64,000 nt of DNA from Smithella sp. PtaU1.Bin162. Lineage in GTDB: Bacteria; Desulfobacterota; Syntrophia; Syntrophales; Smithellaceae. The DNA lies in NCBI GenBank assembly GCA_002068015.1, contig MVRV01000077.1, positions 784-64,783 on the forward strand. The letters run 5' to 3'. Each line of letters begins with the position of its first letter. The first letter of the stretch is position 1. Made by a program: the position numbers and the translations under genes. The notes beneath the pieces are model-generated. The model was given only the letters and a program-made list of their open reading frames with translations, made no database searches and was not told where the DNA came from. Shown here piece by piece: positions 27,045-40,688 of this stretch.

Positions 27045-30000
27045 ATGGGCAATTTTAGAAGATATTTTGGCCGAGTAAAACAAGCACTGGATATACCTAA
27101 TTTAATTGAAATCCAGACAAGATCTTACGAAAAATTCTTGCAGAAGGATTTGCCGCCGGCTAAAAGGGCAAACTTCGGTCTGCAAGGTGCTTTTAAGAGT
27201 GTTTTTCCCATTTCTGATTTCAGTGGGAAATGTTCTCTGGAATTTGTCAGTTATAAAATTGGTGATGTCCGGTATGATGTAAAGGAGTGTATTCAGAAAG
27301 GCATGACTTATGCCGCTCCTTTAAAAATTGTCGTGAGGCTCGTTGTCTTTGATACCGATCGTCTTGCGGAAGGCAAATTGGGTAAGGAAGCAACTGAAAC
27401 AAAACCAATACGCGATATTAAAGAACAGGAAATTTACTTCGGCGAAATTCCGCTCATGACGGAAAATGGTACCTTCATTGTCAATGGAACGGAGCGGGTA
27501 ATAGTCAGCCAATTGCATCGTTCGCCCGGTATCTTTTTTGATCATGATAAAGGAAAAACAGTTGCCAGCGGCAAGTTAATTTATTCCGCCCGGGTCATTC
27601 CCATAAGAGGTTCCTGGCTGGATCTGGAGTTTGATTCCAAAGATCTTCTCTATGTGCGGATAGATCGCCGCCGCAAGATGCCCGTCACTATCCTGCTTAA
27701 GGCAATGGGCAATTCGAATGAATTTATCCTGAATTATTTTTACAGTATTGAAAAGATAGCGATTGAAGGGGAAAAACTTTATTTTGCCGTTGACGAGTCT
27801 CTGGTTGGCCAGAAAGCACCGGAGGATATCAAGGATAGCAAAAGTGGTGAAACCATAGTCAAAAAAGGGCGTAAATTAACCAAACCTCTTTTGAAAAGAG
27901 TAATGGATGCCGGTATAAATCGTATTGCCATTAAAGAAGGTGATCTTGCCGGTAAGATTCTTTCTTCTGATATTCGCGATCCCAAAACTGGAGAAATTGT
28001 TTTCCATTGTAACGAAGAACTGCCTCTTAATGGTTTGGCAATCGCGCAGGAAAAAGGTATTCCCGAATTGAAATTTATCCATTTGGATGAAGATTTGGAT
28101 AATGCTTCCATTCGCGATACTTTGTTAATGGATAAGATTGATACGGCTGAAGATGCAGTTCTGGAAATATATCGTAGACTGCGTCCCAGTAATCCGCCTA
28201 CTCCGGATACGGCAACAAAATTTTTCAACAGTCTTTTCTTTGAATCGGAGACTTACGACCTGTCGGATGTCGGCCGCGCGAAGATGAATTACAAATTGCG
28301 TTTGAATGTCTCTACGGATGTTACAATTTTACGCAATGACGATATCCTGGCGGCGGTTAAATATCTTATTGATTTAAAGAATGGAGTCGGGGAATGCAGT
28401 GTTGACGATATCGACCACTTGGGAAACCGCCGTGTACGTTCAGTCGGAGAACTTATTGAAAACCAGTATCGTATCGGTTTGGTCCGAATGGAAAGAGCCA
28501 TTAAAGAGAAAATGAGTCTGCAGGATATCGAAACAATGATGCCGCATGATTTGATTAATGCTAAACCGGTTTCTGCCGTCGTCAATGAGTTTTATGGTTC
28601 CAGTCAACTTTCGCAATTTATGGATCAAACAAATCCTCTCTCGGAAATTACTCATAAGCGACGTTTATCCGCCCTTGGACCAGGAGGCTTAACTCGAGAA
28701 AGGGCCGGATTTGAAGTACGCGATGTTCATAATACCCATTATGGCCGTATTTGCCCGGTGGAAACACCGGAAGGTCCGAATATCGGACTGATTGTTTCGC
28801 TCAGTACTTATGCCCGTGTTAATGAGTTCGGCTTCATCGAAACCCCTTATAAAATGGTGGAGAATGGCCGTGTGCAGGATGAAGTCCGCTTTATGACGGC
28901 CATTGAAGAAGAAAATTTGATTATAGCACCTTCCGACCGTCCTTTGGATAAACACGGTAAGTTTGTTGAGGAATTAATCTCTGTCAGAAAGGGTGACGAT
29001 TTTATTTCGGTGGAACCGGAAGATATTAAATTGATGGATGTGTCGCCCAATCAGCTCGTTTCCGTGGCGGCCGCCCTGATTCCGTTTTTGGAGCATGATG
29101 ATGCTAACCGGGCGCTGATGGGATCCAATATGCAAAGACAGGCCGTGCCGCTCATGTGTCCCGAAGTGCCTGTGGTCGGTACGGGAATGGAAGCAGTTGT
29201 TGCCCGTGATTCCGGTGCAGTACTTGCGGCCAGAAGGGCAGGGGTTGTCGAGAGTGTTGATGCTTCCAGAATAATTGTAAGAGCTGATCACCCCGAAGAA
29301 GATGGTATCGATACGGGGGTTGATATTTATACTCTATCAAAATATCAACGCTCGAATCAGGATACCTGCTTCAACCAGAAACCGATAGTGGATATTGGTG
29401 ACCGTGTCCATAAGAGAGATATTCTTGCTGATGGACCGGCGACGGACAATGGTGAACTGGCTTTAGGCCGCAACGTTATGGTTGCTTTCATGTCCTGGGG
29501 CGGCTACAACTATGAAGATTCGATTCTGGTCAGTGAACGGATTGTCAAAGAAGATGTTTATACCTCAATCCATATTGAAGAGTTTGAAACGATGGCCCGT
29601 GATACCAAGCTGGGCAAGGAAGAGATTACACGGGATATTCCCAATGTCGGGGAAGAATCACTGAAGAATCTGGATGAAAGCGGAATCATGCGCATAGGTG
29701 TTTCGGTGAAACCAGGTGATATACTTGTCGGAAAGATTACTCCCAAGGGTGAAACCCAGCTGTCTGCCGAAGAAAAGCTTCTCCGGGCAATTTTTGGAGA
29801 AAAAGCCAGCGATGTTCGTGATACATCTTTACGCGTACCTCCCGGAGTAGAAGGTACGGTTATTGATGTTAAAATATTTACTCGCAAAGGTGCCGAAAGA
29901 GATTTACGTTCACAGGCGATTGAGTCGGATGCCGTTGAGCAATTAACAAAAAATAGAGATGATGAAATTCGAATTCTTGCGGAAACAGTCAGGAAAGATA

Positions 30001-31160
30001 TAACCAAGCTTGTTATTGGCAAGACCGTAGCGGCAAAAGTAATTGATGCCAAAAAGAAAATCCTTCTTAAAAAGGGTGATAAAATTACGAAAGAAGTTTG
30101 GTCCACTATACCTTTCACTTACTGGAAAGATATTACGCTTGCGGAAAATGATGGTTCAGAAGAAAAGTTAAATAATTTGCTTTCCGCCCTCGAACGTAAA
30201 ATTGATTTCGTCCGGGCGCGGTTTGAAGAAAAGCTGGAAAAGATCAAGGCCAGTGATGAACTTCCTCCTGGTGTGATCAAGATGGTTAAAATTTATGTTG
30301 CCATCAAAAGAAAACTTTCCGTTGGTGATAAAATGGCCGGGCGGCACGGTAATAAAGGCGTTTTGTCCAGGATTCTTCCCGAAGAAGATATGCCCTATTT
30401 TGCCGATGGTTCTACCGTGGATATCGTTTTGAATCCTCTGGGCGTTCCTTCGCGTATGAATGTCGGACAAATTTTGGAAACACATTTGGGCTGGGCGTCA
30501 AAAGCGATTGGTGAAGGCCTTAATGAACTTTTAGAAAAAAATAATAACCTTAACCATGTCAAAAGCGAGTTGAAAAAAACTTACTCTACACCTGATTTTG
30601 ATAAATTCATTGACCAGGCTTCCGCCGAAGATACGAAAAAATTTATCGATCGCCTGAAAAAGGGAATGTTGGTGGCAAGCCCTGTATTTGACGGCTGTCC
30701 GGAAAGTCAGATTAGAGATTTGCTGACGAGGGCGGAATTACCGCAATCAGGACAAGCGGTTCTTTTTGATGGAAGAACCGGTGAACCGTTTGATCAGGAA
30801 GTTACAGTCGGTATTATATATATGTTGAAACTACACCATTTGGTCGATAATAAAATTCATGCTCGTTCCATAGGACCGTATTCACTGGTAACCCAGCAGC
30901 CCTTGGGCGGTAAGGCTCAATTCGGCGGCCAGAGGCTGGGTGAAATGGAAGTATGGGCGATGGAAGCCTATGGTGCGTCATATACCTTGCAGGAATTTCT
31001 TACGGTTAAATCTGATGATGTTACGGGCCGGACAAGAATTTACGAATCCATCGTCAAGGGTGAACACACATTTGAGCCGGGGCTGCCGGAGTCCTTTAAT
31101 GTATTGGTAAAAGAACTCCAGAGTCTTGGGCTGGATGTGGATTTAGTTGAAGAAGAATAA
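27045..31160 (+). CDS. rpoB: RNA polymerase beta subunit
   Basis: [41 protein letters not shown] and GGQRLGEME motifs. Confidence 0.99.
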   Translation: MGNFRRYFGRVKQALDIPNLIEIQTRSYEKFLQKDLPPAKRANFGLQGAFKSVFPISDFSGKCSLEFVSYKIGDVRYDVKECIQKGMTYAAPLKIVVRLVVFDTDRLAEGKLGKEATETKPIRDIKEQEIYFGEIPLMTENGTFIVNGTERVIVSQLHRSPGIFFDHDKGKTVASGKLIYSARVIPIRGSWLDLEFDSKDLLYVRIDRRRKMPVTILLKAMGNSNEFILNYFYSIEKIAIEGEKLYFAVDESLVGQKAPEDIKDSKSGETIVKKGRKLTKPLLKRVMDAGINRIAIKEGDLAGKILSSDIRDPKTGEIVFHCNEELPLNGLAIAQEKGIPELKFIHLDEDLDNASIRDTLLMDKIDTAEDAVLEIYRRLRPSNPPTPDTATKFFNSLFFESETYDLSDVGRAKMNYKLRLNVSTDVTILRNDDILAAVKYLIDLKNGVGECSVDDIDHLGNRRVRSVGELIENQYRIGLVRMERAIKEKMSLQDIETMMPHDLINAKPVSAVVNEFYGSSQLSQFMDQTNPLSEITHKRRLSALGPGGLTRERAGFEVRDVHNTHYGRICPVETPEGPNIGLIVSLSTYARVNEFGFIETPYKMVENGRVQDEVRFMTAIEEENLIIAPSDRPLDKHGKFVEELISVRKGDDFISVEPEDIKLMDVSPNQLVSVAAALIPFLEHDDANRALMGSNMQRQAVPLMCPEVPVVGTGMEAVVARDSGAVLAARRAGVVESVDASRIIVRADHPEEDGIDTGVDIYTLSKYQRSNQDTCFNQKPIVDIGDRVHKRDILADGPATDNGELALGRNVMVAFMSWGGYNYEDSILVSERIVKEDVYTSIHIEEFETMARDTKLGKEEITRDIPNVGEESLKNLDESGIMRIGVSVKPGDILVGKITPKGETQLSAEEKLLRAIFGEKASDVRDTSLRVPPGVEGTVIDVKIFTRKGAERDLRSQAIESDAVEQLTKNRDDEIRILAETVRKDITKLVIGKTVAAKVIDAKKKILLKKGDKITKEVWSTIPFTYWKDITLAENDGSEEKLNNLLSALERKIDFVRARFEEKLEKIKASDELPPGVIKMVKIYVAIKRKLSVGDKMAGRHGNKGVLSRILPEEDMPYFADGSTVDIVLNPLGVPSRMNVGQILETHLGWASKAIGEGLNELLEKNNNLNHVKSELKKTYSTPDFDKFIDQASAEDTKKFIDRLKKGMLVASPVFDGCPESQIRDLLTRAELPQSGQAVLFDGRTGEPFDQEVTVGIIYMLKLHHLVDNKIHARSIGPYSLVTQQPLGGKAQFGGQRLGEMEVWAMEAYGASYTLQEFLTVKSDDVTGRTRIYESIVKGEHTFEPGLPESFNVLVKELQSLGLDVDLVEEE

Positions 31161-31208
31161 TTGACGCATAAATTTTATTTAAGTTTTTAATCGTACAGGA
31201 GATAAGCT

Positions 31209-34200
31209 GTGGAAGACGTTTTCAGCTATTTTGAAAAGCCAAAAAATCCCGTTAGATTCAATGCCATGAAAATTTCCATTGCCTCGCCGGAAAAGATTCT
31301 TTCCTGGTCACATGGTGAAGTCAAGAAACCGGAAACAATAAATTATCGGACATTCAAACCGGAGCGGGATGGACTGTTTTGTGCTAAAATCTTTGGGCCG
31401 GTAAAGGATTACGAGTGTTTATGCGGCCGCTATAAGCGCATGAAACACCGGGGCGTAGTCTGTGAAAAGTGCGGAGTAGAGGTTATTCAATCCAAAGTCC
31501 GCAGAGAAAGAATGGGGCATATTACACTAGCCACTCCTGTTGCCCACATCTGGTTCTTAAAAAGCCTTCCCAGCCGTATCGGCAATGTCATGGACTTATC
31601 GCTGAAGGAACTCGAAAAAGTTCTTTATTTTGAGTCATGGATTGTTCTAGATCCTAAAGAGACTCCACTCAAAAAGAAAGAGCTGCTTACCGATGAGGAA
31701 TACGGTGAATATCGTGAACAATACGGAGAAAACGGCTTTGTTGTCGGTATCGGCGCCGAAGCGGTAAGACAGCTTCTGGAAGAAATTGATTTGGAAAAGC
31801 TCTATGAAGAATTACGGGCGGAGGTTGTCAGTTCGGTCTCTGATACAAAGAAGAAGAAACTGGTTAAGAGGCTGAAGGTTGTTGAAGCGTTGCGTAAATC
31901 GGGAAATAAGCCGGAATGGATGATCCTTACGGTTCTTCCTGTTATTCCACCGGATTTACGCCCTCTGGTTCCGTTGGACGGCGGCCGGTTTGCCACATCA
32001 GATCTTAACGATTTATACCGGCGTGTTATTAACCGTAATAACCGTTTAAAGCGCTTACAGGAATTAAATGCTCCGGAAATTATTATCCGCAATGAAAAGA
32101 GGATGCTCCAAGAAGCGGTAGATGTTCTTTTTGATAATGGTCGCCGCGGTCGGGCCATAACCGGTACAAATAAAAGACCTCTTAGATCTCTGTCGGATAT
32201 GCTCAAAGGCAAGCAAGGACGTTTCCGTCAGAATTTGCTGGGTAAACGTGTTGATTACTCCGGTCGTTCCGTCATTACCGTAGGTCCGGACCTAAGACTC
32301 CACCAGTGCGGTTTGCCCAAGAAAATGGCACTGGAACTCTTTAAACCGTTTGTTTACAACCGCCTCTTGGATAAGGGATATGTTACAACAGTAAAGAGTG
32401 CCAAGAAGATGGTGGAAAGGGAAACAGCGGAGGTATGGGATGCTCTCGATGAAGTTGTCCGCGAATATCCGGTCATCCTGAATCGCGCACCGACCCTGCA
32501 CCGTTTGGGTATGCAGGCTTTTGAACCAGTGCTCATTGAAGGCAAGGCTATCCGTTTACATCCTCTGGTTTGTACTGCTTTTAATGCCGATTTTGACGGC
32601 GATCAGATGGCTGTTCATGTGCCACTTTCCATTGAAGCCCAGACAGAAGCCCGGGTACTTATGATGTCGACCAACAATATCCTTTCTCCTGCCAACGGGA
32701 AGCCGATTATTATTCCCAGCCAGGATATCGTATTGGGTATTTATTATCTCACTCGCGCTAAAAATGGAGTGAAAGGCGAAGGAATGGCTTTTGCCGACCC
32801 GGAAGAGGTCCGCTGTGCTCTTGATGCCGGGGCGATTGATTTACATGCTAAAATCAAAGTGCGGATCGATGCGGAATTAAAAGAAACAACAGTAGGAAGA
32901 GTTGTTCTTTCCGAAATAGTTCCCCAAGAGATTTCTTTTGACGCCATTAACAAGTTAATGAATAAGAAGGAACTGGCTAATTTAATTGACCATTGCTACA
33001 GATTATGCGGCGATAAAACTACAGTTCTTCTGGCTGACAGGCTCAAAGATTTAGGGTTTAAATATGCGACTATTTCCGGACTTTCCTTTGCTGTAGGCAA
33101 TATGATTATTCCGGAAAATAAAAAGCACATTGTTTCCCAGGCTGAAAAGGATGTTCTGAAGATTCAGAAACAATACATGGATGGTTTGATCACTGACGGT
33201 GAGCGTTACAACAAAGTTATTGATATCTGGGCGCAATCCACGGAAAAAATCGCCTCGGAAATGCTGACCGGGATCAGTACCGAAGAACTGCCCAGCTCTG
33301 AAGGTAAGAAACGCAGAGTCGAAAGTTTCAATCCGATTTACATGATGGCCGATTCGGGTGCCCGGGGTTCGGGAGTTCAGTTAAGACAATTGGCTGGTAT
33401 GCGAGGACTTATGGCCAAGCCGTCCGGAGAAATTATTGAAACGCCGATTACGGCGAACTTCCGCGAAGGATTAACTGTTCTCCAGTACTTTATTTCCACT
33501 CACGGTGCCCGTAAGGGGCTCGCCGATACCGCTTTAAAGACAGCTAATTCCGGTTATTTGACTCGCCGATTGGTCGATGTGGCCCAGGACTGCATAATTA
33601 CAGAGCGGGATTGCGAAACGGTTGACGGCATTTATGTTTCCGCGCTGATGGAAGGCGGAGAAATCATTGAAACTGCGGGCGAGCGTGTATTAGGTCGGGT
33701 TGCACTGCAGGAAATAAAAGATCCCTTTACCGGTGAAGTTATTGTGCATGCCAATGAAGTTATTGACGAAGCTTTGGCAGAAAAAATTGATCATTCCGGT
33801 ATTGAACAAGTCAATATCAGATCAGTTCTGACTTGCCGGGCGCAGCACGGCGTTTGTGCTATGTGTTACGGTCGAGATCTTGCACATGGTCATCTGGTGA
33901 ATATCGGAGAGGCCGTCGGTATTGTTGCGGCGCAGTCCATTGGTGAACCTGGTACGCAATTGACAATGAGAACATTCCATATCGGTGGTACGGCCAAATT
34001 TGACGAGCATTCCACGCTGGAAGCGCGCCATGACGGAATGGTCCGGTTTGTTAATTTAAATGCGGTTAAAACCAGAGAAAATGACTTTGTTGTCATGAAC
34101 CGCCACGGTGAAGTGCATGTTTTGGATGAACAACAACGCAGCCGCGGTAAATACACTGTTCCTTACGGTGCTCATCTGAAAGTAGCCGATAATAGTAAAA

Positions 34201-35309
34201 TTAAAAAAGGACAGTTAATTGCGGAATGGGATCCTTTTTCCATACCGATACTGGCGGAAGTGGATGGTACAATTAAGTACGGTGATATCATTGAAGGAAA
34301 AACCATGCAAGAGCAGGTTGATGAAGTCACCGGTCTGTCGCGTAAAGTAATTATCGAATTCAAAGGTGGCGATTTAAGACCGCGCGTTTCGATTAAAGAC
34401 ATTAAAGGTAAAACAGCGAAACTGTCGGGCACAAGCTCTGTGGCTCGTTACCTTTTATCCGTTGGCGTTAATATCGTTGTTTCTGAAGGAGATGAGGTTC
34501 GTGCCGGTGATATTATTGCCAAAATTCCGCGTGAAACGACTAAAACAAAGGACATTACAGGCGGTTTACCGCGTGTTGCCGAGCTTTTTGAGGCTCGTAA
34601 GCCGAAAGATTTTGCCGTTATCAGTGAGATTGACGGAGTTGTATCTTATGGTAAAGATGCCAAAGGCAAGCGTAAAATAATCGTCACCCCCGAAATTGGT
34701 GAAGAAAAAGAATATCTTATTCCTAAGGGTAAACATATCAGTGTTCAGGAAGGGGATCGTGTCACTCCCGGCGATGCATTGATGGACGGCATGAACAATC
34801 CTCATGATTTGCTGGCGATTAAGGGCGAAAAAGAACTGGCCAAATATCTAGTCGATGAGGTTCAGGAAGTTTATCGTTTGCAAGGTGTTAAGATAAACGA
34901 TAAGCATATGGAAGTTATAGTGCGACAGATGTTGAGACGGGTTCGAGTGACTGATTCGGGCGATACCGCCTTTATTGCTGATGAGCAGGTTGAGCGTTAC
35001 CGTTTCCAGGAAGAAAACGATAAGGTTATTGCTCAGGGTGGTCGTCCGGCAATCGGTGAACCTCTGCTTCTGGGTATTACTAAAGCGTCACTCTCCACGC
35101 AGAGTTTCATCTCTGCGGCATCGTTTCAGGAAACGACAAGAGTTCTTACTGAAGCATCTCTCTCCGGTAAGACGGATTATCTAAGAGGATTAAAAGAAAA
35201 CGTTATCATGGGACGTTTGATACCGGCCGGTACCGGTCTTGTTATGTACCGTAAACTGGGTATTCAAGTCGAGGACCAAGATACTGAATTAAAAGTTGAA
35301 CAAAGTTAA
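31209..35309 (+). CDS. rpoC: RNA polymerase beta' subunit
   Basis: NADFDGDQM catalytic motif and zinc finger; GTG start. Confidence 0.99.
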   Translation: MEDVFSYFEKPKNPVRFNAMKISIASPEKILSWSHGEVKKPETINYRTFKPERDGLFCAKIFGPVKDYECLCGRYKRMKHRGVVCEKCGVEVIQSKVRRERMGHITLATPVAHIWFLKSLPSRIGNVMDLSLKELEKVLYFESWIVLDPKETPLKKKELLTDEEYGEYREQYGENGFVVGIGAEAVRQLLEEIDLEKLYEELRAEVVSSVSDTKKKKLVKRLKVVEALRKSGNKPEWMILTVLPVIPPDLRPLVPLDGGRFATSDLNDLYRRVINRNNRLKRLQELNAPEIIIRNEKRMLQEAVDVLFDNGRRGRAITGTNKRPLRSLSDMLKGKQGRFRQNLLGKRVDYSGRSVITVGPDLRLHQCGLPKKMALELFKPFVYNRLLDKGYVTTVKSAKKMVERETAEVWDALDEVVREYPVILNRAPTLHRLGMQAFEPVLIEGKAIRLHPLVCTAFNADFDGDQMAVHVPLSIEAQTEARVLMMSTNNILSPANGKPIIIPSQDIVLGIYYLTRAKNGVKGEGMAFADPEEVRCALDAGAIDLHAKIKVRIDAELKETTVGRVVLSEIVPQEISFDAINKLMNKKELANLIDHCYRLCGDKTTVLLADRLKDLGFKYATISGLSFAVGNMIIPENKKHIVSQAEKDVLKIQKQYMDGLITDGERYNKVIDIWAQSTEKIASEMLTGISTEELPSSEGKKRRVESFNPIYMMADSGARGSGVQLRQLAGMRGLMAKPSGEIIETPITANFREGLTVLQYFISTHGARKGLADTALKTANSGYLTRRLVDVAQDCIITERDCETVDGIYVSALMEGGEIIETAGERVLGRVALQEIKDPFTGEVIVHANEVIDEALAEKIDHSGIEQVNIRSVLTCRAQHGVCAMCYGRDLAHGHLVNIGEAVGIVAAQSIGEPGTQLTMRTFHIGGTAKFDEHSTLEARHDGMVRFVNLNAVKTRENDFVVMNRHGEVHVLDEQQRSRGKYTVPYGAHLKVADNSKIKKGQLIAEWDPFSIPILAEVDGTIKYGDIIEGKTMQEQVDEVTGLSRKVIIEFKGGDLRPRVSIKDIKGKTAKLSGTSSVARYLLSVGVNIVVSEGDEVRAGDIIAKIPRETTKTKDITGGLPRVAELFEARKPKDFAVISEIDGVVSYGKDAKGKRKIIVTPEIGEEKEYLIPKGKHISVQEGDRVTPGDALMDGMNNPHDLLAIKGEKELAKYLVDEVQEVYRLQGVKINDKHMEVIVRQMLRRVRVTDSGDTAFIADEQVERYRFQEENDKVIAQGGRPAIGEPLLLGITKASLSTQSFISAASFQETTRVLTEASLSGKTDYLRGLKENVIMGRLIPAGTGLVMYRKLGIQVEDQDTELKVEQS

Positions 35310-35411
35310 AAAAAACTGAGAAAAAGCTTGACATCTGAGCGTTGAATTGATAGTTAGCAACGCTTTGTTACTGCTTGAAAAATTGCAGGAAAAGTTAGAT
35401 CGGGAGGAAAA

Positions 35412-35783
35412 ATGCCGACGATAAGTCAGTTGGTTCGCAAAGGCAGAGCCAAAATACAGAAAAAAACAAGTACACCGGCGTTGGCGGGGTCACCTCAACG
35501 ACGCGGCGTCTGTGTCAGAGTTTACACAACGACGCCCAAAAAGCCAAATTCCGCTTTGCGTAAAGTAGCTCGAGTTCGTCTCACCAGCGGTTATGAAGTT
35601 ACTTCCTATATTCCCGGTATCGGCCATAACTTACAGGAGCACTCGGTTGTGCTGGTACGCGGCGGCAGAGTTAAGGATTTGCCTGGTGTAAGGTATCATA
35701 TTATTCGCGGTACACTTGATGCTGTTGGAGTTGCCGATCGTAAACAGGGCAGATCAAAGTACGGTGCGAAAAAGCCAAGTTAG
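35412..35783 (+). CDS. rpsL: 30S ribosomal protein S12
   Basis: [10 protein letters not shown] and RVKDLPG motifs. Confidence 0.98.
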   Translation: MPTISQLVRKGRAKIQKKTSTPALAGSPQRRGVCVRVYTTTPKKPNSALRKVARVRLTSGYEVTSYIPGIGHNLQEHSVVLVRGGRVKDLPGVRYHIIRGTLDAVGVADRKQGRSKYGAKKPS

Positions 35784-35797
35784 ACGGAGATATTTAA

Positions 35798-36268
35798 ATG
35801 CCAAGAAGACGGGAAATAGAAAAAAGGGATGTTTTACCCGATCCCAAGTTCAATAATAAGATGGTTGCAAAATTTGTCAATTCGTTGTTAAAACGTGGCA
35901 AGAAGAGTACCGCAGAAAGTATTCTTTATGGCGCCTTTGACATCATTGAAAAAAAAGCAAAAGAGCAACCCGTGGAGCTTTTTGAAAAAGCATTGAATAA
36001 CGTTAAGCCGGTAATTGAGGTTAAGTCAAGACGTGTTGGTGGTTCTACTTATCAAGTGCCGACGGAAGTTGTTCCTGCCCGGCGCACGGCGCTGGCAATT
36101 CGCTGGTTGATTACCAACGCACAGGAACGTACGGAAAAAACAATGCGGGAAAAACTGGCTGGTGAATTAATTGATGCAGCCAATAATCGCGGGGGCTCGA
36201 TTAAAAAGAAAGAAGCGGTGCATAAAATGGCTGAAGCAAATAAAGCTTTTGCCCATTATAAATTTTAA
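35798..36268 (+). CDS. rpsG: 30S ribosomal protein S7
   Basis: [11 protein letters not shown] and [11 protein letters not shown] motifs. Confidence 0.98.
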   Translation: MPRRREIEKRDVLPDPKFNNKMVAKFVNSLLKRGKKSTAESILYGAFDIIEKKAKEQPVELFEKALNNVKPVIEVKSRRVGGSTYQVPTEVVPARRTALAIRWLITNAQERTEKTMREKLAGELIDAANNRGGSIKKKEAVHKMAEANKAFAHYKF

Positions 36269-36328
36269 AAAAGTATATAATTAAACGACAGGATAAATAA
36301 CCATTCAAAGTTAAGGAGGTAGATGGAC

Positions 36329-37522
36329 ATGGCAAAGAAAAAATTTGAAAGGACTAAGCCGCATTTAAATATCGGAACAATCGGTCACGTAGACCATGGT
36401 AAAACCACATTGACCGCAGCGATTACCAAACAATTGGCCAAAAAAGGTTTTGCGGAGTTCCGGCCTTTTGACTCTATTGATAATGCACCGGAAGAAAAAG
36501 AGAGAGGCGTTACCATTAACATCTGTCATGTGGAGTATGAGACGGCAAAAAGGCATTATGCTCACGTTGATTGCCCGGGCCATGCCGACTATATCAAAAA
36601 TATGATTTCCGGCGCCGCCCATATGGATGGAACTATCCTTGTCGTAGCCGCATCCGACGGCCCCATGCCGCAGACCCGTGAACATATCCTCCTTGCCCGT
36701 CAGGTTCAGGTACCATACGTTGTCGTTTATCTCAATAAAGTGGATCTGGTTGATGATCCCGAACTCCTTGATCTGGTTGAACTGGAATTAAGAGAACTTT
36801 TAAATCAGTACGAATTCCCGGGCGACAGTATTCCCATTATCCGCGGTTCGGCACTTAAAGCTCTGGAAGCTGATGATCCCGATGCACCGGAGGCAAAATC
36901 AATCTGGGAGTTGATGGATGCAGTTGACAATTATATTCCCGAGCCCAAGCGTGATGTAGAAAAACCTTTCCTTATGCCTGTGGGAGATGTCTTCACGATT
37001 TCCGGACGTGGTACGGTTGTAACGGGTCGTGTGGATAGAGGCATAGCCAAAGTTGGTGATGAAGTGGAGATCATCGGTATTCGTCCGACTTTCAAATCAG
37101 TTATTACCGGAATCGAGATGTTCCGTAAGACTCTGGATGAAGGCCGCGCCGGTGACGATGTCGGTTTGCTTTTAAGAGGTATTAAGCGTGAAGAAGTGGA
37201 AAGAGGCCAGGTTATTGCCAAGCCCGGTTCCATTACTCCGCATACAAAATTTGAAGCAGCTGTTTATGTACTGACAAAAGAAGAAGGTGGCCGCCATACT
37301 CCATTTTTCTCCGGTTATCGTCCCCAGTTTTATTTCCGGACAACAGATGTTACCGGTGTAGCAACTCTGCCGGAGGGTGTGGAAATGGTTATGCCTGGTG
37401 ATAATGTTAACATGCGGATAGAGTTGATTACCCCTATCGCTATGGAAGAACAGTTAAGATTTGCTATTCGCGAAGGCGGTAGAACAGTAGGCGCCGGCGT
37501 CGTAAGCAAGATTATTGAATAG
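36329..37522 (+). CDS. tuf: Elongation factor Tu
   Basis: [20 protein letters not shown] and [10 protein letters not shown] motifs; AAGGAGGT RBS favours ATG 36329. Confidence 0.98.
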   Translation: MAKKKFERTKPHLNIGTIGHVDHGKTTLTAAITKQLAKKGFAEFRPFDSIDNAPEEKERGVTINICHVEYETAKRHYAHVDCPGHADYIKNMISGAAHMDGTILVVAASDGPMPQTREHILLARQVQVPYVVVYLNKVDLVDDPELLDLVELELRELLNQYEFPGDSIPIIRGSALKALEADDPDAPEAKSIWELMDAVDNYIPEPKRDVEKPFLMPVGDVFTISGRGTVVTGRVDRGIAKVGDEVEIIGIRPTFKSVITGIEMFRKTLDEGRAGDDVGLLLRGIKREEVERGQVIAKPGSITPHTKFEAAVYVLTKEEGGRHTPFFSGYRPQFYFRTTDVTGVATLPEGVEMVMPGDNVNMRIELITPIAMEEQLRFAIREGGRTVGAGVVSKIIE

Positions 37523-37547
37523 AAACAGAGAATAGGTTATCCGATAA

Positions 37548-37856
37548 ATGAAAGACCAAAAGATTAGAATTCGTCTCCGCGCTTACGACTATAAATTACT
37601 GGATCGCTCTGTTGAAGAAATAGTTGAAACGGCAAAAAGGACCGGTGCACGTGTTGCCGGTCCTATTCCTCTTCCTACGGAAATCAACAAATATTGCGTA
37701 AACCGTTCACCGCATGTAGATAAAAAATCCCGTGAACAGTTTGAAATCAGAACCCATAAGCGACTGATTGATATTGTCGAACCTACACAAGCGACGGTGG
37801 ATGCATTGATGAAACTGGATTTATCCGCCGGAGTGGATGTCGAAATAAAAGCGTAG
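37548..37856 (+). CDS. rpsJ: 30S ribosomal protein S10
   Basis: GPIPLPT and [12 protein letters not shown] motifs. Confidence 0.98.
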   Translation: MKDQKIRIRLRAYDYKLLDRSVEEIVETAKRTGARVAGPIPLPTEINKYCVNRSPHVDKKSREQFEIRTHKRLIDIVEPTQATVDALMKLDLSAGVDVEIKA

Positions 37857-37948
37857 GCTTAGATTCGGGTGTCAGGGAGATGGTGTAAAATCATTGCCAT
37901 TCTCCAAAACGGAGATTATTGGCTTTATATTTCTTGAAAAGATGGAAA

Positions 37949-38584
37949 ATGATGAACAAGGGAATCATTGGAAAAAAATTGGGAATGACTCAAGTATTTG
38001 ATGATGATGGCGCTGCTGTTGGTGTTACCGCCATTGAAGTTGAGCCGTCCGTTGTCGTGCAGGTAAAGACCAAAAGCAAGGAAGGATACGATGCTATTCA
38101 ACTTGGTTATGGTCGTAAAAAGCAAAAGAGTGTAACAAAACCGCTACAAGGCCATTTCAATAAAGCCAATAAAGGATTCTTCCGTAAGCTTCAAGAATTC
38201 AAGACAGATGACGGAAAATACGAAGTTGGTCAGGAAATTACCGCAGATATTTTTAAGGCGGGCGATTTTGTTGATGTTATCGGCACATCTAAGGGTAAAG
38301 GATTTGCAGGGGTTGTCAAGAGACACAGTTTCCGCGGTGGTCGCGCTACTCATGGTTCGATGTTCCATCGTGCCCCCGGTTCCATCGGTGCCAGTGCGGA
38401 TCCGTCACGTGTTTTTAAAGGTACAAGAATGGGTGGGCATATGGGCGATGTCCGTAAAACAATACAAAATCTAAAAGTTTGGCAAGTTCGTCCGGACAGG
38501 AATTTAATTTTGTTAAAAGGTTCGATTCCCGGCTGTAAAAATGGTTTTGTTTTGATTAAGCAAGCCAAAAAAATAAGTTTATAA
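37949..38584 (+). CDS. rplC: 50S ribosomal protein L3
   Basis: [16 protein letters not shown] and HRAPGSIG motifs. Confidence 0.97.
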   Translation: MMNKGIIGKKLGMTQVFDDDGAAVGVTAIEVEPSVVVQVKTKSKEGYDAIQLGYGRKKQKSVTKPLQGHFNKANKGFFRKLQEFKTDDGKYEVGQEITADIFKAGDFVDVIGTSKGKGFAGVVKRHSFRGGRATHGSMFHRAPGSIGASADPSRVFKGTRMGGHMGDVRKTIQNLKVWQVRPDRNLILLKGSIPGCKNGFVLIKQAKKISL

Positions 38585-38605
38585 GTTACATCTGGAGTTA
38601 GAGAA

Positions 38606-39229
38606 ATGGCAGTGGCAGATGTTTTTGATATTGAAAAAAAGAAAGTTTCGCAAGTTGATTTAAATGACGCTGTTTTTAGCGCTGAAGTCAATGAAGCGGT
38701 TGTGTATGATGTCGTCAAAATGCAAATGGCGGCTCGTCGTTCCGGGACATCTTCCACGAAAACCAGGTCTGATGTCAGAGGCGGGGGGAAAAAGCCATGG
38801 CGGCAAAAGGGTACTGGACGTGCCCGCGTGGGAACAACGAGATCACCTATTTGGCGAGGAGGCGGAATTGTTTTTGGTCCTCATCCCCGGAATTATGCTT
38901 TCAGCGTTCCCAAGAAAATACGGAAAAAAGCTTTGATTTCAGTACTGAGCATGAAACTCAAAGAGGATAAAATGGTGATACTGAAAGATTTTCCCATGGA
39001 AAAAATCAGTACCAAAACATTTAAGAATGTTGTTGATCTCTTTGGTTTTAAAAAAGCACTTTTTGTTTTAGATGATAAAAATGAAGTTTTGTTAAAATCA
39101 TCACGGAATATAAAAAACATTAAAATGATTCGTTCAGAGGGTATTAATGTTTATGATGTTTTAAATTTTGAACATTTGGTCCTTCTTGAACCCTCTGTAA
39201 AGAAAATTGAGGGAGCATTGCTGTCATAA
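38606..39229 (+). CDS. rplD: 50S ribosomal protein L4
   Basis: KPWRQKGTGRAR motif. Confidence 0.97.
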   Translation: MAVADVFDIEKKKVSQVDLNDAVFSAEVNEAVVYDVVKMQMAARRSGTSSTKTRSDVRGGGKKPWRQKGTGRARVGTTRSPIWRGGGIVFGPHPRNYAFSVPKKIRKKALISVLSMKLKEDKMVILKDFPMEKISTKTFKNVVDLFGFKKALFVLDDKNEVLLKSSRNIKNIKMIRSEGINVYDVLNFEHLVLLEPSVKKIEGALLS

Positions 39230-39516
39230 TGGAAGTACATCAGATTATTAGAAAATTACTGGTTACGGAAAAGAGCACCGTGGCCCGGGATGAATCGAAT
39301 AAGTATTGTTTTGAGGTCGACCGGAAAGCCAACAAGGTGGAAATTGGCAAAGCTGTGGAAAAACTTTTTAAAGTTAAAGTCACAGATGTCCGCGTCATGC
39401 ATGTGCTGGGGAAAAAGAAAAGAATGGGCCGGATAATGGGGCAGAAAAGTTCCTGGAAAAAGGCAATTGTGACTCTTGCCGCCGGTAACCGCATAGAGAT
39501 TATTGAAGGTGTATAA
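39229..39516 (+). CDS. rplW: 50S ribosomal protein L23
   Basis: TEKS and WKKAIVTL motifs; S10 operon position. Confidence 0.96.
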   Translation: MEVHQIIRKLLVTEKSTVARDESNKYCFEVDRKANKVEIGKAVEKLFKVKVTDVRVMHVLGKKKRMGRIMGQKSSWKKAIVTLAAGNRIEIIEGV

Positions 39517-39539
39517 GGAATTAGTTAAGGATTAAAATA

Positions 39540-40361
39540 ATGGGAATTATTAAGTATAAACCGACATCAGCTGGAAGAAGATTTCAAAGTGTTTCCGATT
39601 TTGAAGAGATCACTTCTTCCGAGCCGGTAAAGAGCCTGTTAAAACCATTAAAAAGAACCGGTGGCCGCAATTGTTATGGCCGTATTACCGCCAGATATAT
39701 TGGTGGTGGGCACAAAAGAAAATATCGTGTAATCGATTTTTGCCGCAATAAAATAAACATACCGGCCAAAATTGCTTCCATTGAATATGATCCTAATAGA
39801 ACGGCAAGAATTGCTCTTTTGAATTATCGCGATGGTGAAAAGAGATATATCGTTGCCCCTGCGCAAGTTAATGTAGGTGATATCATTATCAGTGGTGATA
39901 AAGCAGATATCAAACCGGGCAATGCGGTTCCTTTGAAGTACATTCCTCTGGGATCTCTTATTCATAATGTTGAATTAAAAATAGGCCGTGGTGGACAGTT
40001 GATACGGTCTGCCGGCGCTTATGGACAACTTATGGCCAAAGAAGGTGATTATGCACAGGTAAGGCTTCCTTCAGGTGAAGTGCGCAAAGTGTTCATTGAG
40101 TGTATGGCGACAATCGGTCAGGTGGGTAATAATGAACATGAAAATATCAGCATCGGTAAAGCAGGCAGAAAAAGATGGCTGGGCAAAAAACCCCATGTTC
40201 GTGGCGTTGTGATGAACCCTATTGACCATCCGATGGGTGGTGGTGAAGGAAAGTCGTCAGGCGGTCGTCATCCCTGTACTCCATGGGGTATTCCGACAAA
40301 GGGGCATAAAACCAGGAAAAACAAGAGAACAGATAAATATATTGTGAAGAGAAGGGATTAA
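39540..40361 (+). CDS. rplB: 50S ribosomal protein L2
   Basis: EYDPNRTA and [13 protein letters not shown] motifs. Confidence 0.98.
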   Translation: MGIIKYKPTSAGRRFQSVSDFEEITSSEPVKSLLKPLKRTGGRNCYGRITARYIGGGHKRKYRVIDFCRNKINIPAKIASIEYDPNRTARIALLNYRDGEKRYIVAPAQVNVGDIIISGDKADIKPGNAVPLKYIPLGSLIHNVELKIGRGGQLIRSAGAYGQLMAKEGDYAQVRLPSGEVRKVFIECMATIGQVGNNEHENISIGKAGRKRWLGKKPHVRGVVMNPIDHPMGGGEGKSSGGRHPCTPWGIPTKGHKTRKNKRTDKYIVKRRD

Positions 40362-40367
40362 AAAGGC

Positions 40368-40649
40368 GTGGCACGTTCGATTAAAAAAGGTCCGTATATT
40401 GAAGAAAGATTGCTTACCAAGGTCCGCAAGATGGAAGCTGAAGGAACCAAAAATGTAATTAAAACTTGGTCGCGGCGTTCAACTATAACACCGGAACTTA
40501 TCGGCTACACATTTGCAGTTCATAACGGTAAAAAATTTATACCGGTTTATGTGACGGAAAACATGGTGGGGCATAAGCTTGGCGAGTTTTCACCGACTAG
40601 GACTTTTTACTCACATTCGGGTGATCGGAAAACGAAAGTCCGCAAATAA
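40368..40649 (+). CDS. rpsS: 30S ribosomal protein S19
   Basis: KTWSRRS and [11 protein letters not shown] motifs. Confidence 0.97.
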   Translation: MARSIKKGPYIEERLLTKVRKMEAEGTKNVIKTWSRRSTITPELIGYTFAVHNGKKFIPVYVTENMVGHKLGEFSPTRTFYSHSGDRKTKVRK

Positions 40650-40688
40650 AACTTACGCTCCGGCGGATACGTTTGAGGTTGAATAAGT

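Noticed and set aside
28600-28690. Possible rifampicin-resistance changes in RpoB cluster I
   Set aside because: [24 protein letters not shown] matches the susceptible consensus at the key positions.
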